Source: Candidatus Thorarchaeota archaeon (GTDB taxonomy: Archaea; Asgardarchaeota; Thorarchaeia; Thorarchaeales; Thorarchaeaceae). From it: a DNA stretch of 28,404 bases. A program made the position numbers and the translations under genes. Positions within the stretch are counted from its first letter, which is position 1; every line of letters begins with the position of its first letter. This document shows positions 6,998 through 16,187 of the stretch, piece by piece. Under the pieces are notes generated by a model, which made no database searches, had not been told where the DNA came from, and saw nothing but the letters and a program-made list of their open reading frames with translations. Location of the stretch: contig JBHLRP010000042.1 in assembly GCA_048882485.1 (NCBI GenBank), forward strand, positions 1 through 28,404, read 5' to 3'.

Positions 6998-8032
6998 CTA
7001 TACAGTGACCTGTGAGCCGCAGTTCGGACAGATGAACTTGCCGCCAGGAATCTCTGTTCCGCACACTCTGCAGTTGTGGACTTTTCTTACACGCATGTGG
7101 TCAACAACTTCTCCCAGCTGAGGCTCAAGAATGAACCTGTTGTCTCTATAGCTGATTCTGAACTCCTTTGGATTGCCTGCTAGCTCAAGCAGCTCCATTG
7201 GCATGGGAAGCCTGAACTTGTCATCTAGTCTCACAATCCTCGTGTCGTCCAACATGTCAAGGTCGATTCCAGCTTGGTGGAAACCTGAAATGACTCCGTC
7301 GCGAATCTCGACAGTGACGTCCGCCTTTGAAGCCACCTGTTGACTATGAGTGACAATGAAAAAGGAGGTGCCAAGTGTTTCATTCAGCTCTTGGAATAGA
7401 TCGAGGATCCTCTCACCAGTCTCTGGGTCCAAATCACCTGTCGGCTCATCACAGAGCACAAGCCCCTTTCCTTCGGTGTCAATGAGATTGACTAGGGCAC
7501 TGGCAATGGCTACTCTAGATCTCTCTCCTCCACTGAGTGTAGTGGCTTTGTTTCGTCTACGTTCCTCAAGACCTACTAGCTTAATCAGTCGATCAACTCG
7601 TTCCTTACGAATACGGCGGGGTACACCTGCAATTCGCGCTGCCAACTCAACATTCTGCCATGCGTTGAGATGAGGCAACAGATTTCCAAGTTGGAACACA
7701 AAACCCATCCACGCTCTGCGCGCCTCAGTTAGTATTCGCTCACTGAGCCTCGTGATATCAGTATGCAGGTTGGCCCAGTAGACCTTTCCAACAGTGGCTC
7801 TCGTAATCCCTCCAAGGATATTTACTAGCGTAGTTTTCCCTGAACCACTTGGACCCACCACAGCCATGATTTTGCCCTCGAGAATCTGGAGAGAGACCCC
7901 ACTCAATGCCACAACCTCAAGCTCATTCGTCTTATAGATCTTGTAGCAGCTGTGAAGACTCGCCACAACATCGTCAGGCATGTCGCCAAATAGGTCTAAT
8001 TCATCAGCGGTTCCGTGTGTAGTTGTTACCAT
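6998..8032 (-). CDS. ABC ATPase (LolD/MacB type) with C-terminal AbrB-like segment and zinc ribbon
   Basis: GPSGSGKTT, GFVFQ, LSGGE, LCDEPTGDLD, VTH. Tail VRLDDKFRLPMPMELL...FILEP and CRVC-x10-CPNC. GAGGTGA SD before ATG 8032. Confidence 0.93.
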   Translation of the reverse strand: MVTTTHGTADELDLFGDMPDDVVASLHSCYKIYKTNELEVVALSGVSLQILEGKIMAVVGPSGSGKTTLVNILGGITRATVGKVYWANLHTDITRLSERILTEARRAWMGFVFQLGNLLPHLNAWQNVELAARIAGVPRRIRKERVDRLIKLVGLEERRRNKATTLSGGERSRVAIASALVNLIDTEGKGLVLCDEPTGDLDPETGERILDLFQELNETLGTSFFIVTHSQQVASKADVTVEIRDGVISGFHQAGIDLDMLDDTRIVRLDDKFRLPMPMELLELAGNPKEFRISYRDNRFILEPQLGEVVDHMRVRKVHNCRVCGTEIPGGKFICPNCGSQVTV

Positions 8033-8043
8033 TCTCAATCACC

Positions 8044-10950
8044 TCATAGGTTTCTCAATGTACTAGCAGGATCTGTCGCTCCTGCTCTTCGAGCGGGCAT
8101 GTAGCATGCCACTATCATTGCAGTTGCTTCCATAGCTACTGTGAGTATCATGACTGTTACTGGAAGTGCTAGGACCTCCGGGAGAACTGGAGATATTGCA
8201 TATATGCCGAATGTCAGCGATGTCATCACTAGTCCAAAGACAAGGCCCAGTAAGAAACTAATCAGAATCGTAGCTAGCACAATTCCTGCGAATTCTCCAA
8301 ATACCATAGCTGCGACTTGCTTCTTAGTACCGCCAAGTGCTCTGAAGACGGCATACTCAGACTCTCGCTCGCCCACCGCAGAGCTCAGGAACAGGACTAT
8401 GGCAAATAGCCCCATAGCTGCACACAAAATATAGGAAATCATAGTGAGCCCTTGAAGGCCCGACAGAAATGGACTCAGCCTAGGAATCTGCGTTAGGTCT
8501 GTATTCTCAGGGGTAAAGACATGATTATTCTTCACCAACTCAATATCGGTGACAAGAGGTGTCACCAAATCATAGTCGATTATGTCTAGAAGGACCAAGT
8601 GAGCATTCTCAATATATGTCAGTGATGATAGAAAATCTCTATTGACTAGACTAAATCCGCCAGTGGCTGCTACTTGAAATCCGAAATAGGACCCGAAGGG
8701 TACACCAGTAAAGCCATGTGTAGAAGCTATACCCAATCCTGGTGCACTTATCATTATCCCAACAACCTGGAATTCTTGAGTTGTAGTCGAATTTATGGTC
8801 CCTACACTGACCGTTATTGTCTGCCCGACTTCTATCCTCCAGCGTGTTGCATGATGTTCACTAATCACGATACCGTTTGGTGTGGAGTCCAATGCAGTAA
8901 GAACCTGTGTAGGAGTCCCACTGACAAAACTATCAGTCGTGAACAGGCCAACTGAGAGATAGCTGGATGCATCTACCCCTTCAAGGAAGAAGAGGCTTGC
9001 GTTCACTGCGGCAGAAGTTTCAATGAAAGAGGCTATATCATTGACTCCAGAATAGCCCAAGAATGATGATACCTCCTCAGGCGTTAAACCGTATGATTCA
9101 ACTCTCATATCTGCGCCTATCGCGTATTCTAGCTCGCGACTCATTGTCGTTTCAATACTCTGAGTTTGAATCAGTGTCATCGTAGTGGTTGTTAGTGTCA
9201 GCGTCAAGATGATCATTAGTGGAATGAACTGACCCTTTCTTCTTCTGAAACTCTGCTTCAGATAGAGACTCTTCTCTCCAAGAAGTCGTTGACTTCTTCC
9301 AAAAGCATGAGCTGCCGCTAGGCGCATCGATCTTGACCCCAGATAAGACGCTGAGAAGAGCAGAAGGGTGCCGGCAAGGACTTCCAGCATGGCGGCAGGG
9401 CCTCTCGGAGCAATGATCAGTGGCATAATCACTAGAATCGTTAGCACAAGACCTAGACCAGACCAATAGAACCAAGGACTAGTTTCCTCTGGGGTTTCAT
9501 ATTCACTTCTCGTTGATGGCTGACCTATTTCAGAAACATCAATTCTTCTTGCTACATGTAGAAGATAAGTAGACGGCAGATACAGTGCAATTGCCACTGC
9601 AAGAATAACAGCTTGATATGGGATTATTGCATTGTCAAGGTACAGCATATACAAAGACAAATCGAAGGAAAGCAGTCCATTTGAAGAGCCCATCAATGGT
9701 GCCATAAAGACTGCCATCAGCAATCCTGCGCCAAGTCCGAGAACGGCTAGAGCTATGGACTCCCAGATAACAGCAGAGAAGATTTGGTTGAAGGCAGCAC
9801 CCTTTGCTCTCAGGGAACTAATCTCGCCTCGTCTATATGATATCGACGTTTCTGAAGTGAAGACTGTAAGCATCAACCCCATGAGGATTATTGGCAATCC
9901 AAGAACAATTAACACCTGGCTGCGTAGATATATCGCAATGTGGGCCTCAAGCTCCTCAATAGTCGTATATCCAATTACGCGGAGACTTGGAAACCGCTCC
10001 TCAATCTGAACCTTGAGTCTTTTCAAATTGTAGACAACTTGTGTCACACCAGCTGCAACCAAGCCATCGCGGGATGCTCTGATGAATCCCACTGGAGAGA
10101 AATAGCCCTTTGTAGCAACGTCATCAAATACGTCTTCATCTATCTGTTCGTCAAGAAGTATCACTGCATCAGTCATACCCAACACCGGGTCGCCGCCGCC
10201 TAATGCGTTCCAGTTCTGCCGTATTATTGATAGAAAAGATTGGCCAATATTGGATACTGCTACAATACGGTAGATGCCAACGACCTTGAGACCACTTATT
10301 CTAATTCGTCCTGCTTCATCTGGAGTTGTCCAGTCATCATCCTTTATATTCTGCTTAGCAGCAAATCGCAGGAGGTCAATATCAATAAAACTGCCTAGGG
10401 TTATGTTAACGCCATGAACATCGAAAGCTGTGTCCACGAAGTTCTGTGACACAACTGTTTCTCCAACCGCCAGATTCATTCGCCCTTCCCACTCAACTTC
10501 CTTTGAGAAAGCATCTAGAATCTCGTTGTTTGCGAGGATCACCCTTCCATCCTTTATTCCATCAAGGTAATTTCTTTGAGATAGCATGTTATACTCGTAC
10601 CAATCGGGCCAGCTGCCCTGCAAAATACAGACCGTTGAGGGTATGACATGGGCGTATTCAACAAGGCCACTTGCCAAGGCAAAATCACGTGCCTCAGACA
10701 GGCTTGTATAGTCTGCTATCGCCGAGTCAACATGCATGTTGATCTGATAGGCATTCTCGTCAAAATAATCCTCAACTGCCAAAAGTGACGCTGTGCCAGT
10801 CCATATGAAGACCGTTGTGGGGATGGAAATGCTCACGGCCAGAATAAGTGCAATCCCAATATTTCGTGCTTTGTGGGCATTCAGCGAAGTCACTGCATAT
10901 GATGGAGCCCACCAGAAGTTGCCCTTCATCAATTTTCTTCGGTCACTCAA
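8044..10950 (-). CDS. FtsX/MacB-family ABC permease, about 970 aa, two repeat units
   Basis: Two FtsX signatures (RRGEISSLRAKGA and ERESEYAVFRALGG), multiple TM segments, two large extracellular domains, C-terminal PARRAGATDPASTLRNL. Confidence 0.92.
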   Translation of the reverse strand: MSDRRKLMKGNFWWAPSYAVTSLNAHKARNIGIALILAVSISIPTTVFIWTGTASLLAVEDYFDENAYQINMHVDSAIADYTSLSEARDFALASGLVEYAHVIPSTVCILQGSWPDWYEYNMLSQRNYLDGIKDGRVILANNEILDAFSKEVEWEGRMNLAVGETVVSQNFVDTAFDVHGVNITLGSFIDIDLLRFAAKQNIKDDDWTTPDEAGRIRISGLKVVGIYRIVAVSNIGQSFLSIIRQNWNALGGGDPVLGMTDAVILLDEQIDEDVFDDVATKGYFSPVGFIRASRDGLVAAGVTQVVYNLKRLKVQIEERFPSLRVIGYTTIEELEAHIAIYLRSQVLIVLGLPIILMGLMLTVFTSETSISYRRGEISSLRAKGAAFNQIFSAVIWESIALAVLGLGAGLLMAVFMAPLMGSSNGLLSFDLSLYMLYLDNAIIPYQAVILAVAIALYLPSTYLLHVARRIDVSEIGQPSTRSEYETPEETSPWFYWSGLGLVLTILVIMPLIIAPRGPAAMLEVLAGTLLLFSASYLGSRSMRLAAAHAFGRSQRLLGEKSLYLKQSFRRRKGQFIPLMIILTLTLTTTTMTLIQTQSIETTMSRELEYAIGADMRVESYGLTPEEVSSFLGYSGVNDIASFIETSAAVNASLFFLEGVDASSYLSVGLFTTDSFVSGTPTQVLTALDSTPNGIVISEHHATRWRIEVGQTITVSVGTINSTTTQEFQVVGIMISAPGLGIASTHGFTGVPFGSYFGFQVAATGGFSLVNRDFLSSLTYIENAHLVLLDIIDYDLVTPLVTDIELVKNNHVFTPENTDLTQIPRLSPFLSGLQGLTMISYILCAAMGLFAIVLFLSSAVGERESEYAVFRALGGTKKQVAAMVFGEFAGIVLATILISFLLGLVFGLVMTSLTFGIYAISPVLPEVLALPVTVMILTVAMEATAMIVACYMPARRAGATDPASTLRNL

Positions 10951-10960
10951 TCATATCGCC

Positions 10961-13870
10961 TCACAGATTCCTCAAAACAATCGCTGGGTCCGTCTTACCT
11001 GCTTCTCTGGCTGGAAAATACGCCCCAATAATCATCGCTATGATTTCAATGAATAACACTAGCAGCAAGAAGTTCATCGGGACAGCAATTGTTGCTGGAA
11101 GTGTTCTAGAAAATGGACTCATCTGAAATAAAAAGAAGCCATTGGCATACGCCAATGCAATTCCCAGAACCAGACTTACCGCTAAGGATGCGAAGACAAC
11201 GCTCGAGAACTCAGAGAACACCATTGACACTAGTTGCCGTCTAGATCCTCCTAGTGCACGGAGGACCGCATATTCCTTCCTTCTTTCCCGTACGACGGAA
11301 CCCAAGAAGAGCGACAGTGCGAACAGACTCATGATAAGGCCCATGACAAACCCAATAGAGAACAGTCCTTCAATTGTGTTCAGGAACAGTGCTGTGCCGT
11401 AGGAATGCGCCTTGAGGTTGAACTCGTCTGGCGTGAAGACAGATACACTGTTGTCAGTCATTAAGACGGCAGCGAACGTAGCAGAATCAGTTTCTTCATC
11501 TAGGCTGGCCATGAAGAGGTCAGTTTCAGACTTTCCAAGCTCTGTTGACACGAAATCAATGTTTGTAAGCACGAATCCTTCATAATCAGACTGAAAGCCA
11601 AAGCCAGCCCCTAATCTAGATGGGGGAACATCCCCCTTCCATGAATAGCCGAAGCCAGGAGCTGAGTAGACAATCCCAGTAACGTTGAAGTAAATCTCCC
11701 TAGTAATTCCAATTCCACTCACTGAAATCCGCACAAGATCGCCAACCGCCTTGTTCCAGCGTTGGGCATGATGAGCGCTAATGACTATTCCATTTTCCAG
11801 ATTGTCAAGATCTGAGAGAACCTCTTCGGCACTGGCATCAGGAAAACTAGTTTCATCAAAATGACCAATCAATGAGTATTTGGAGGCTTCAAGAGCCGTG
11901 ACGGTCAGCTCGTCGGAGCCAATTCTTCCAAGGGCTCGATAAACGGGAGTAACTGATGAAACCTGATCGTATGCCTCAAGTGTTTCGCTGAAAGCAAATG
12001 GAAGAGAGTCAGTTTCAATTCTCATATCAGCCCCCACAGCATAGTCCACTTCACGTTCAAGATCATAGTGAAGACTCTCAGCCTGGACAGAGAAAGCAAT
12101 CGTTGTGGAAATTGTGAGTGCTAGCACAAGCATCAGTGGGATTATTCTCCCCCTTCGCATTCGGAGATAGGCTGCGGTAATACGATTCTTCTGACCAAGC
12201 ACGTTAGAAAGCCTTGAGGAAATTCCCGCTAGGCCTAGTCGTGAAACTCTGGAGCCGTTATATGCAATGAAGAACCACGCTGCTGTGGCCAGTGCTAGAT
12301 TAAACAATAGGATAAGTGGATTCCGTGGGAAGTAGAAAGCTCCAAATAGGGCTATAGCCAGAAGCACAATTGACGCCCCAAGTGTAAACCTATAGGCCAC
12401 CTCTCCTGAATATGGCTTCTCCAGAGAATCCTCCAGCATTGAACCAATCTCTGCTTGGGCTGCTTTCTTTGAAAGGTAGAGAATGAAAAACATCGGAGGT
12501 ATGATGCATAATACGACAGATGTAATCAGTGTATCAACCCTTACAACGGAATTGAGCAAATAGAATTCATACACTGACCAATCAAATGTCATGAAGCTTG
12601 TAGTTGCAGGAATCAACGCCGCAAATACAGTGGCCAGAACGATGCCAAGAACCAGACTAAGCATCGCGAGAAAGAATGTTTCCCAGAGGAAGATACCATA
12701 GACCTGACTGGAACTTGCCCCCTTCGATCGAAGCACACCCACCTCTGTGGATCTCGGAGCCATGAAGGTGTCTGCGGCAAAGATAGAGAGCACAAGTGCC
12801 AGGAGGAATATTGGTAGATTCAGCATTGAATATGACACTGAGTTGAGATATGAATTGACCCTCCGCTGTAGGTAGTCAGCTTGGTCCAGTCCATCAGCGT
12901 CAACATAATACCGCTGCTCAACCCGAGTAGCAAGAGCCCGTATGCTTCTAGAGATTCTGGTTGGACCATCCTCAAGAAGGCCATCTGCATCTGTTCGAAC
13001 GAAACTATGATCAGGAAACCAACCTTCAGGGTCGAGATAACCTGTAGGAATGGAAGTGTCAAGAATCATCACACTGTCTCTGAGGCCCAGAACTGGAAAT
13101 CTTACGTTTGTGTAATTCCAGTTGGCCCTCATATACGATGGAAAGGCTTGTTCTATCAGGGTGTTGTAACCCTGTGGATGATATATACCTGCTATTCTGA
13201 GGTTCTCGATACTGTGTCTATCCAGGTTTCCTATCTCAAGAGGATTAGCAACGACTTGGGCTGGCTCATCTCTGCCGAGGAGTTCCAAATCAATAGTGTC
13301 GCCAACACTCAGCGTCAGATTGAACACCTCTTCCGTGTAGGCTACAAACTGGCTTGATACGAGAACCTCTCCGTCATTGAGCGAAAAGGAACCTTCATAC
13401 CTGAAGTCGACTGAAGCGAGATTGAGAAAATCGTTGTTGACAAGTATTACGCGGCAATCCTTCATTCCTGCAGAGTAAAGGGAATCATCTACATCATATT
13501 CAAAGTCGTCTGGGAAATCAGTTCCCCAGAGAAATCCCAATGTCGAGTCAAGCCTCATCACAGTATCCACTAAAGGGTCCTCCTGTAGGTATTCAAATGC
13601 CAGGGCCCCTTGAGTGGAGTTATCATCGTATGTCTTAACGAGCAGCTGGAATGCATTGTTCTCTAGATAACTATCTACACTTACTTTCACGCCTGTATCA
13701 GTCCACACAATGTTAGAGGTCAACAGACTTATTCCAAGAGCAAGAGTAAGTGCTAGACTGAGTGATCGGAAAGGATTGGCTTTCATTGCACTCAATGCAT
13801 ACGACAGCGAGTAGAAACGACTCCCCTTTGAAAATGGCTCATGACTCGCTGATTTAGCCACCGAGGTCAC
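10961..13870 (-). CDS. FtsX/MacB-family ABC permease, about 970 aa, paralog of the adjacent permease
   Basis: RSTEVGVLRSKGA and ERRKEYAVLRALGG; C-terminal PAREAGKTDPAIVLRNL. GTGA overlap with the upstream ATPase stop. Confidence 0.92.
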   Translation of the reverse strand: MTSVAKSASHEPFSKGSRFYSLSYALSAMKANPFRSLSLALTLALGISLLTSNIVWTDTGVKVSVDSYLENNAFQLLVKTYDDNSTQGALAFEYLQEDPLVDTVMRLDSTLGFLWGTDFPDDFEYDVDDSLYSAGMKDCRVILVNNDFLNLASVDFRYEGSFSLNDGEVLVSSQFVAYTEEVFNLTLSVGDTIDLELLGRDEPAQVVANPLEIGNLDRHSIENLRIAGIYHPQGYNTLIEQAFPSYMRANWNYTNVRFPVLGLRDSVMILDTSIPTGYLDPEGWFPDHSFVRTDADGLLEDGPTRISRSIRALATRVEQRYYVDADGLDQADYLQRRVNSYLNSVSYSMLNLPIFLLALVLSIFAADTFMAPRSTEVGVLRSKGASSSQVYGIFLWETFFLAMLSLVLGIVLATVFAALIPATTSFMTFDWSVYEFYLLNSVVRVDTLITSVVLCIIPPMFFILYLSKKAAQAEIGSMLEDSLEKPYSGEVAYRFTLGASIVLLAIALFGAFYFPRNPLILLFNLALATAAWFFIAYNGSRVSRLGLAGISSRLSNVLGQKNRITAAYLRMRRGRIIPLMLVLALTISTTIAFSVQAESLHYDLEREVDYAVGADMRIETDSLPFAFSETLEAYDQVSSVTPVYRALGRIGSDELTVTALEASKYSLIGHFDETSFPDASAEEVLSDLDNLENGIVISAHHAQRWNKAVGDLVRISVSGIGITREIYFNVTGIVYSAPGFGYSWKGDVPPSRLGAGFGFQSDYEGFVLTNIDFVSTELGKSETDLFMASLDEETDSATFAAVLMTDNSVSVFTPDEFNLKAHSYGTALFLNTIEGLFSIGFVMGLIMSLFALSLFLGSVVRERRKEYAVLRALGGSRRQLVSMVFSEFSSVVFASLAVSLVLGIALAYANGFFLFQMSPFSRTLPATIAVPMNFLLLVLFIEIIAMIIGAYFPAREAGKTDPAIVLRNL

Positions 13871-14646
13871 TTCCCAATAGAGGCCTCCTCATCAGCCTGA
13901 AACTTTGCCCGAGCCGCTTCGATGTCAATCCCGCTAGGCCTGAAGAATTCAGTCACTAGTTCCTCCACCAAGACACCATCTCGAAGTAGGAGAATCTTGT
14001 CTGTCATCTTTGCGACTTCAGGGTCATGCGTGACTACGATAATGGCTCTGTTTTCTTCCTTCGCAAGACGTTTCATAAGCTGGATGATTTCGCCTCCAGT
14101 AGTATGGTCAAGATCGCCTGTCGGTTCATCACAAAGAAGAATTGCCGGGTCATTTGCAAGGGCACGTGCAAGTGCGATACGAGAACGCATACCGCCAGAT
14201 AGTTCATGAGGCATGTGTTGAGCCCGGTGGTCAACACCGACGACTTCAAGGAGCTTCATACCTCGCTCATGGCGTTCTTTTGTGGGAACATTATCAAGTA
14301 GCATTGGAACCTCGACGTTCTCCAGAGCCGTGAAAATCGGGAGAAGAAGCTGGTCCTGGAAAAGCACGCCAACTTTGTGGCGTCTTACGGATGAGATTCC
14401 TTCATCATCGAGTGCAGTGATATCAGTTCCGTCAACAAGAATCTTGCCAGATGTAGGTCGGTCAAGACCCCCAATGAGATTCAAAAGAGTGGTCTTCCCG
14501 GATCCTGAGGCGCCTACAACGGCTACAAACTCACCTCTGTGGACCTTTAGATTGGTCCCTTGAAGCACACGGATGACTCTTGAGCCGTCTTGGAACTCCC
14601 TGTGAACATCCATGCATTCAACTGCAACGTGATTATCTGCTACCAA
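13867..14646 (-). CDS. ABC ATPase (LolD/MacB type)
   Basis: GASGSGKTT, LSGGM, LLCDEPTGDLD, VTHD. Start re-called to TTG 14646, which follows a GGGGTGA SD. Confidence 0.93.
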   Translation of the reverse strand: MVADNHVAVECMDVHREFQDGSRVIRVLQGTNLKVHRGEFVAVVGASGSGKTTLLNLIGGLDRPTSGKILVDGTDITALDDEGISSVRRHKVGVLFQDQLLLPIFTALENVEVPMLLDNVPTKERHERGMKLLEVVGVDHRAQHMPHELSGGMRSRIALARALANDPAILLCDEPTGDLDHTTGGEIIQLMKRLAKEENRAIIVVTHDPEVAKMTDKILLLRDGVLVEELVTEFFRPSGIDIEAARAKFQADEEASIGK

Positions 14647-14785
14647 TGGGATGTCACCCCATGCCTCTCGCAGACAAAGGCCATTTAAGGAGAGTGCTTT
14701 GAGCATTTGCATACGAGCGAAAAACGACTGCTGTTCTGAATGAGAAGACAGAATAGCAGTGCATCCAGGAGTGAAATGAGGTCTC

Positions 14786-15283
14786 ATGCGAGTCTTTTCG
14801 ATAGCTGGTTACTCGAGCACAGGCAAGACAACACTAGTAGAGGCGCTCATCAGGGAGCTGACTAGAAGGGGATTCTCGGTTTCGACAATCAAGAGCACAA
14901 ATGAGAATGTGACCGACAAGGAGGGGACAGACACAGAGCGACATAGACTGGCTGGAGCTAGGGCCACAATGCTGGTAGGACCTGATTCAATGATGATTCG
15001 TTCAGAAAGACCATCGAGCCTGAAGGAGTATCTTTCCTCATTTCAAAGCGATCTGCTAATTATCGAGGGCATGAAGGAGAAGGCCATTCCCAAAATCTGG
15101 TGTATTGGCAAAGATATGTTGCCAAAAGCATTGCCAGACGGCGTCGTTGCTGTGTTCACATGGGAGAAAGCTTCGGCTATCGAGGAAGGACAGATGATTT
15201 CACGCTACACCATAGAAAACATAGCAGAGCTTGCTGATTTGATTGAAACAGTCTCGGTGGACCTGAATGAGGTTGAGCTGTAA
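14786..15283 (+). CDS. mobB: Molybdopterin-guanine dinucleotide biosynthesis protein B
   Basis: FSIAGYSSTGKTTL, RRGFSVSTIK, DKEGTDTERHRLAGA, DLLIIEGMK. Confidence 0.88.
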   Translation: MRVFSIAGYSSTGKTTLVEALIRELTRRGFSVSTIKSTNENVTDKEGTDTERHRLAGARATMLVGPDSMMIRSERPSSLKEYLSSFQSDLLIIEGMKEKAIPKIWCIGKDMLPKALPDGVVAVFTWEKASAIEEGQMISRYTIENIAELADLIETVSVDLNEVEL

Positions 15284-15334
15284 CAGCATCGAACTCAATC
15301 AAAATACTCTTCAAAGGTCACAGTAGAGCGGAAT

Positions 15335-16183
15335 ATGATGCAGACTATCAAAGTCAATCATTTCAGCCTAGCAGACACAATTGAGTGTGGTCAGACCTTT
15401 AGCTGGATTAGAGAGGGAGAGGGATACATTAACGCAGATGTTGGACAGGTAGTATATGTTGAGCAACAAGGGAACAGACTGCACTATGAAACATCTGAAC
15501 AGATTATAGACCTGAGGAAGCTTTTCAGGCTGGACGACCCGCTTCTTGAAATCCAAGATGAGATTGCTAAGGACAAAATCATGAAGGAGAGCATCGATTT
15601 TGCGCCAGGGCTTCGCCTTGTTTCGGACGAGTTCTTTCCTTGTTTGATATCGTTTATCCTCTCGATACAGAGCAACATCCCAAGGATGCATGGGTGCATG
15701 CATGCTCTCAGACAAAAATATGGACCAGTCTACGAGTTCCGCGGGAAGACCTTCTACGGGTTCCCTAGTCCAGAGCAATTGAATATGGCATCTGAAAAAG
15801 ACCTGAAAGACCTCATGTTTGGATGGCGATCTTCATTCATAGCTAGAACCACTGCCTCTATTCTGTCCAAAGAAGTTGACCCTCAAGAACTAGTCAATCT
15901 CAATTATGCTCAAGCTCATAGAAGACTGAAATCCCTGCACGGAGTTGGAAACAAGGTCGCTGATTGTGTTTGCTTGTTCTCACTCGGCCATCTTGAAGCA
16001 TTTCCAATCGATGTGTGGATTCAGAAAATAATCAACCAGTATTATGACATCTTCAAGACTTCAGGAGAATCATACTCCAAGAGGTCGTTGGCAGCAAGAG
16101 AGTACTTTGGAAGATATGCTGGATACGCACAGGAGTATCTCTATAATTATGCTAGATCAAGGGAGGGAAAGCTGGTACTGTAG
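15335..16183 (+). CDS. ogg: 8-oxoguanine DNA glycosylase/AP lyase (OGG1-like, HhH-GPD)
   Basis: N-terminal TIECGQTFSW (OGG_N), LISFILS..SNIPR, FPSPEQL, HhH LHGVGNKVADCVCLFSL, AFPIDVW, FGRYAGYAQEYLY. Confidence 0.9.
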   Translation: MMQTIKVNHFSLADTIECGQTFSWIREGEGYINADVGQVVYVEQQGNRLHYETSEQIIDLRKLFRLDDPLLEIQDEIAKDKIMKESIDFAPGLRLVSDEFFPCLISFILSIQSNIPRMHGCMHALRQKYGPVYEFRGKTFYGFPSPEQLNMASEKDLKDLMFGWRSSFIARTTASILSKEVDPQELVNLNYAQAHRRLKSLHGVGNKVADCVCLFSLGHLEAFPIDVWIQKIINQYYDIFKTSGESYSKRSLAAREYFGRYAGYAQEYLYNYARSREGKLVL

Positions 16184-16187
16184 CTAA

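Noticed and set aside
14647-14787. N-terminal extension of the ABC ATPase in the ORF track
   Set aside because: Spans the divergent intergenic region up to mobB; a strong GGGGTGA SD supports TTG 14646.
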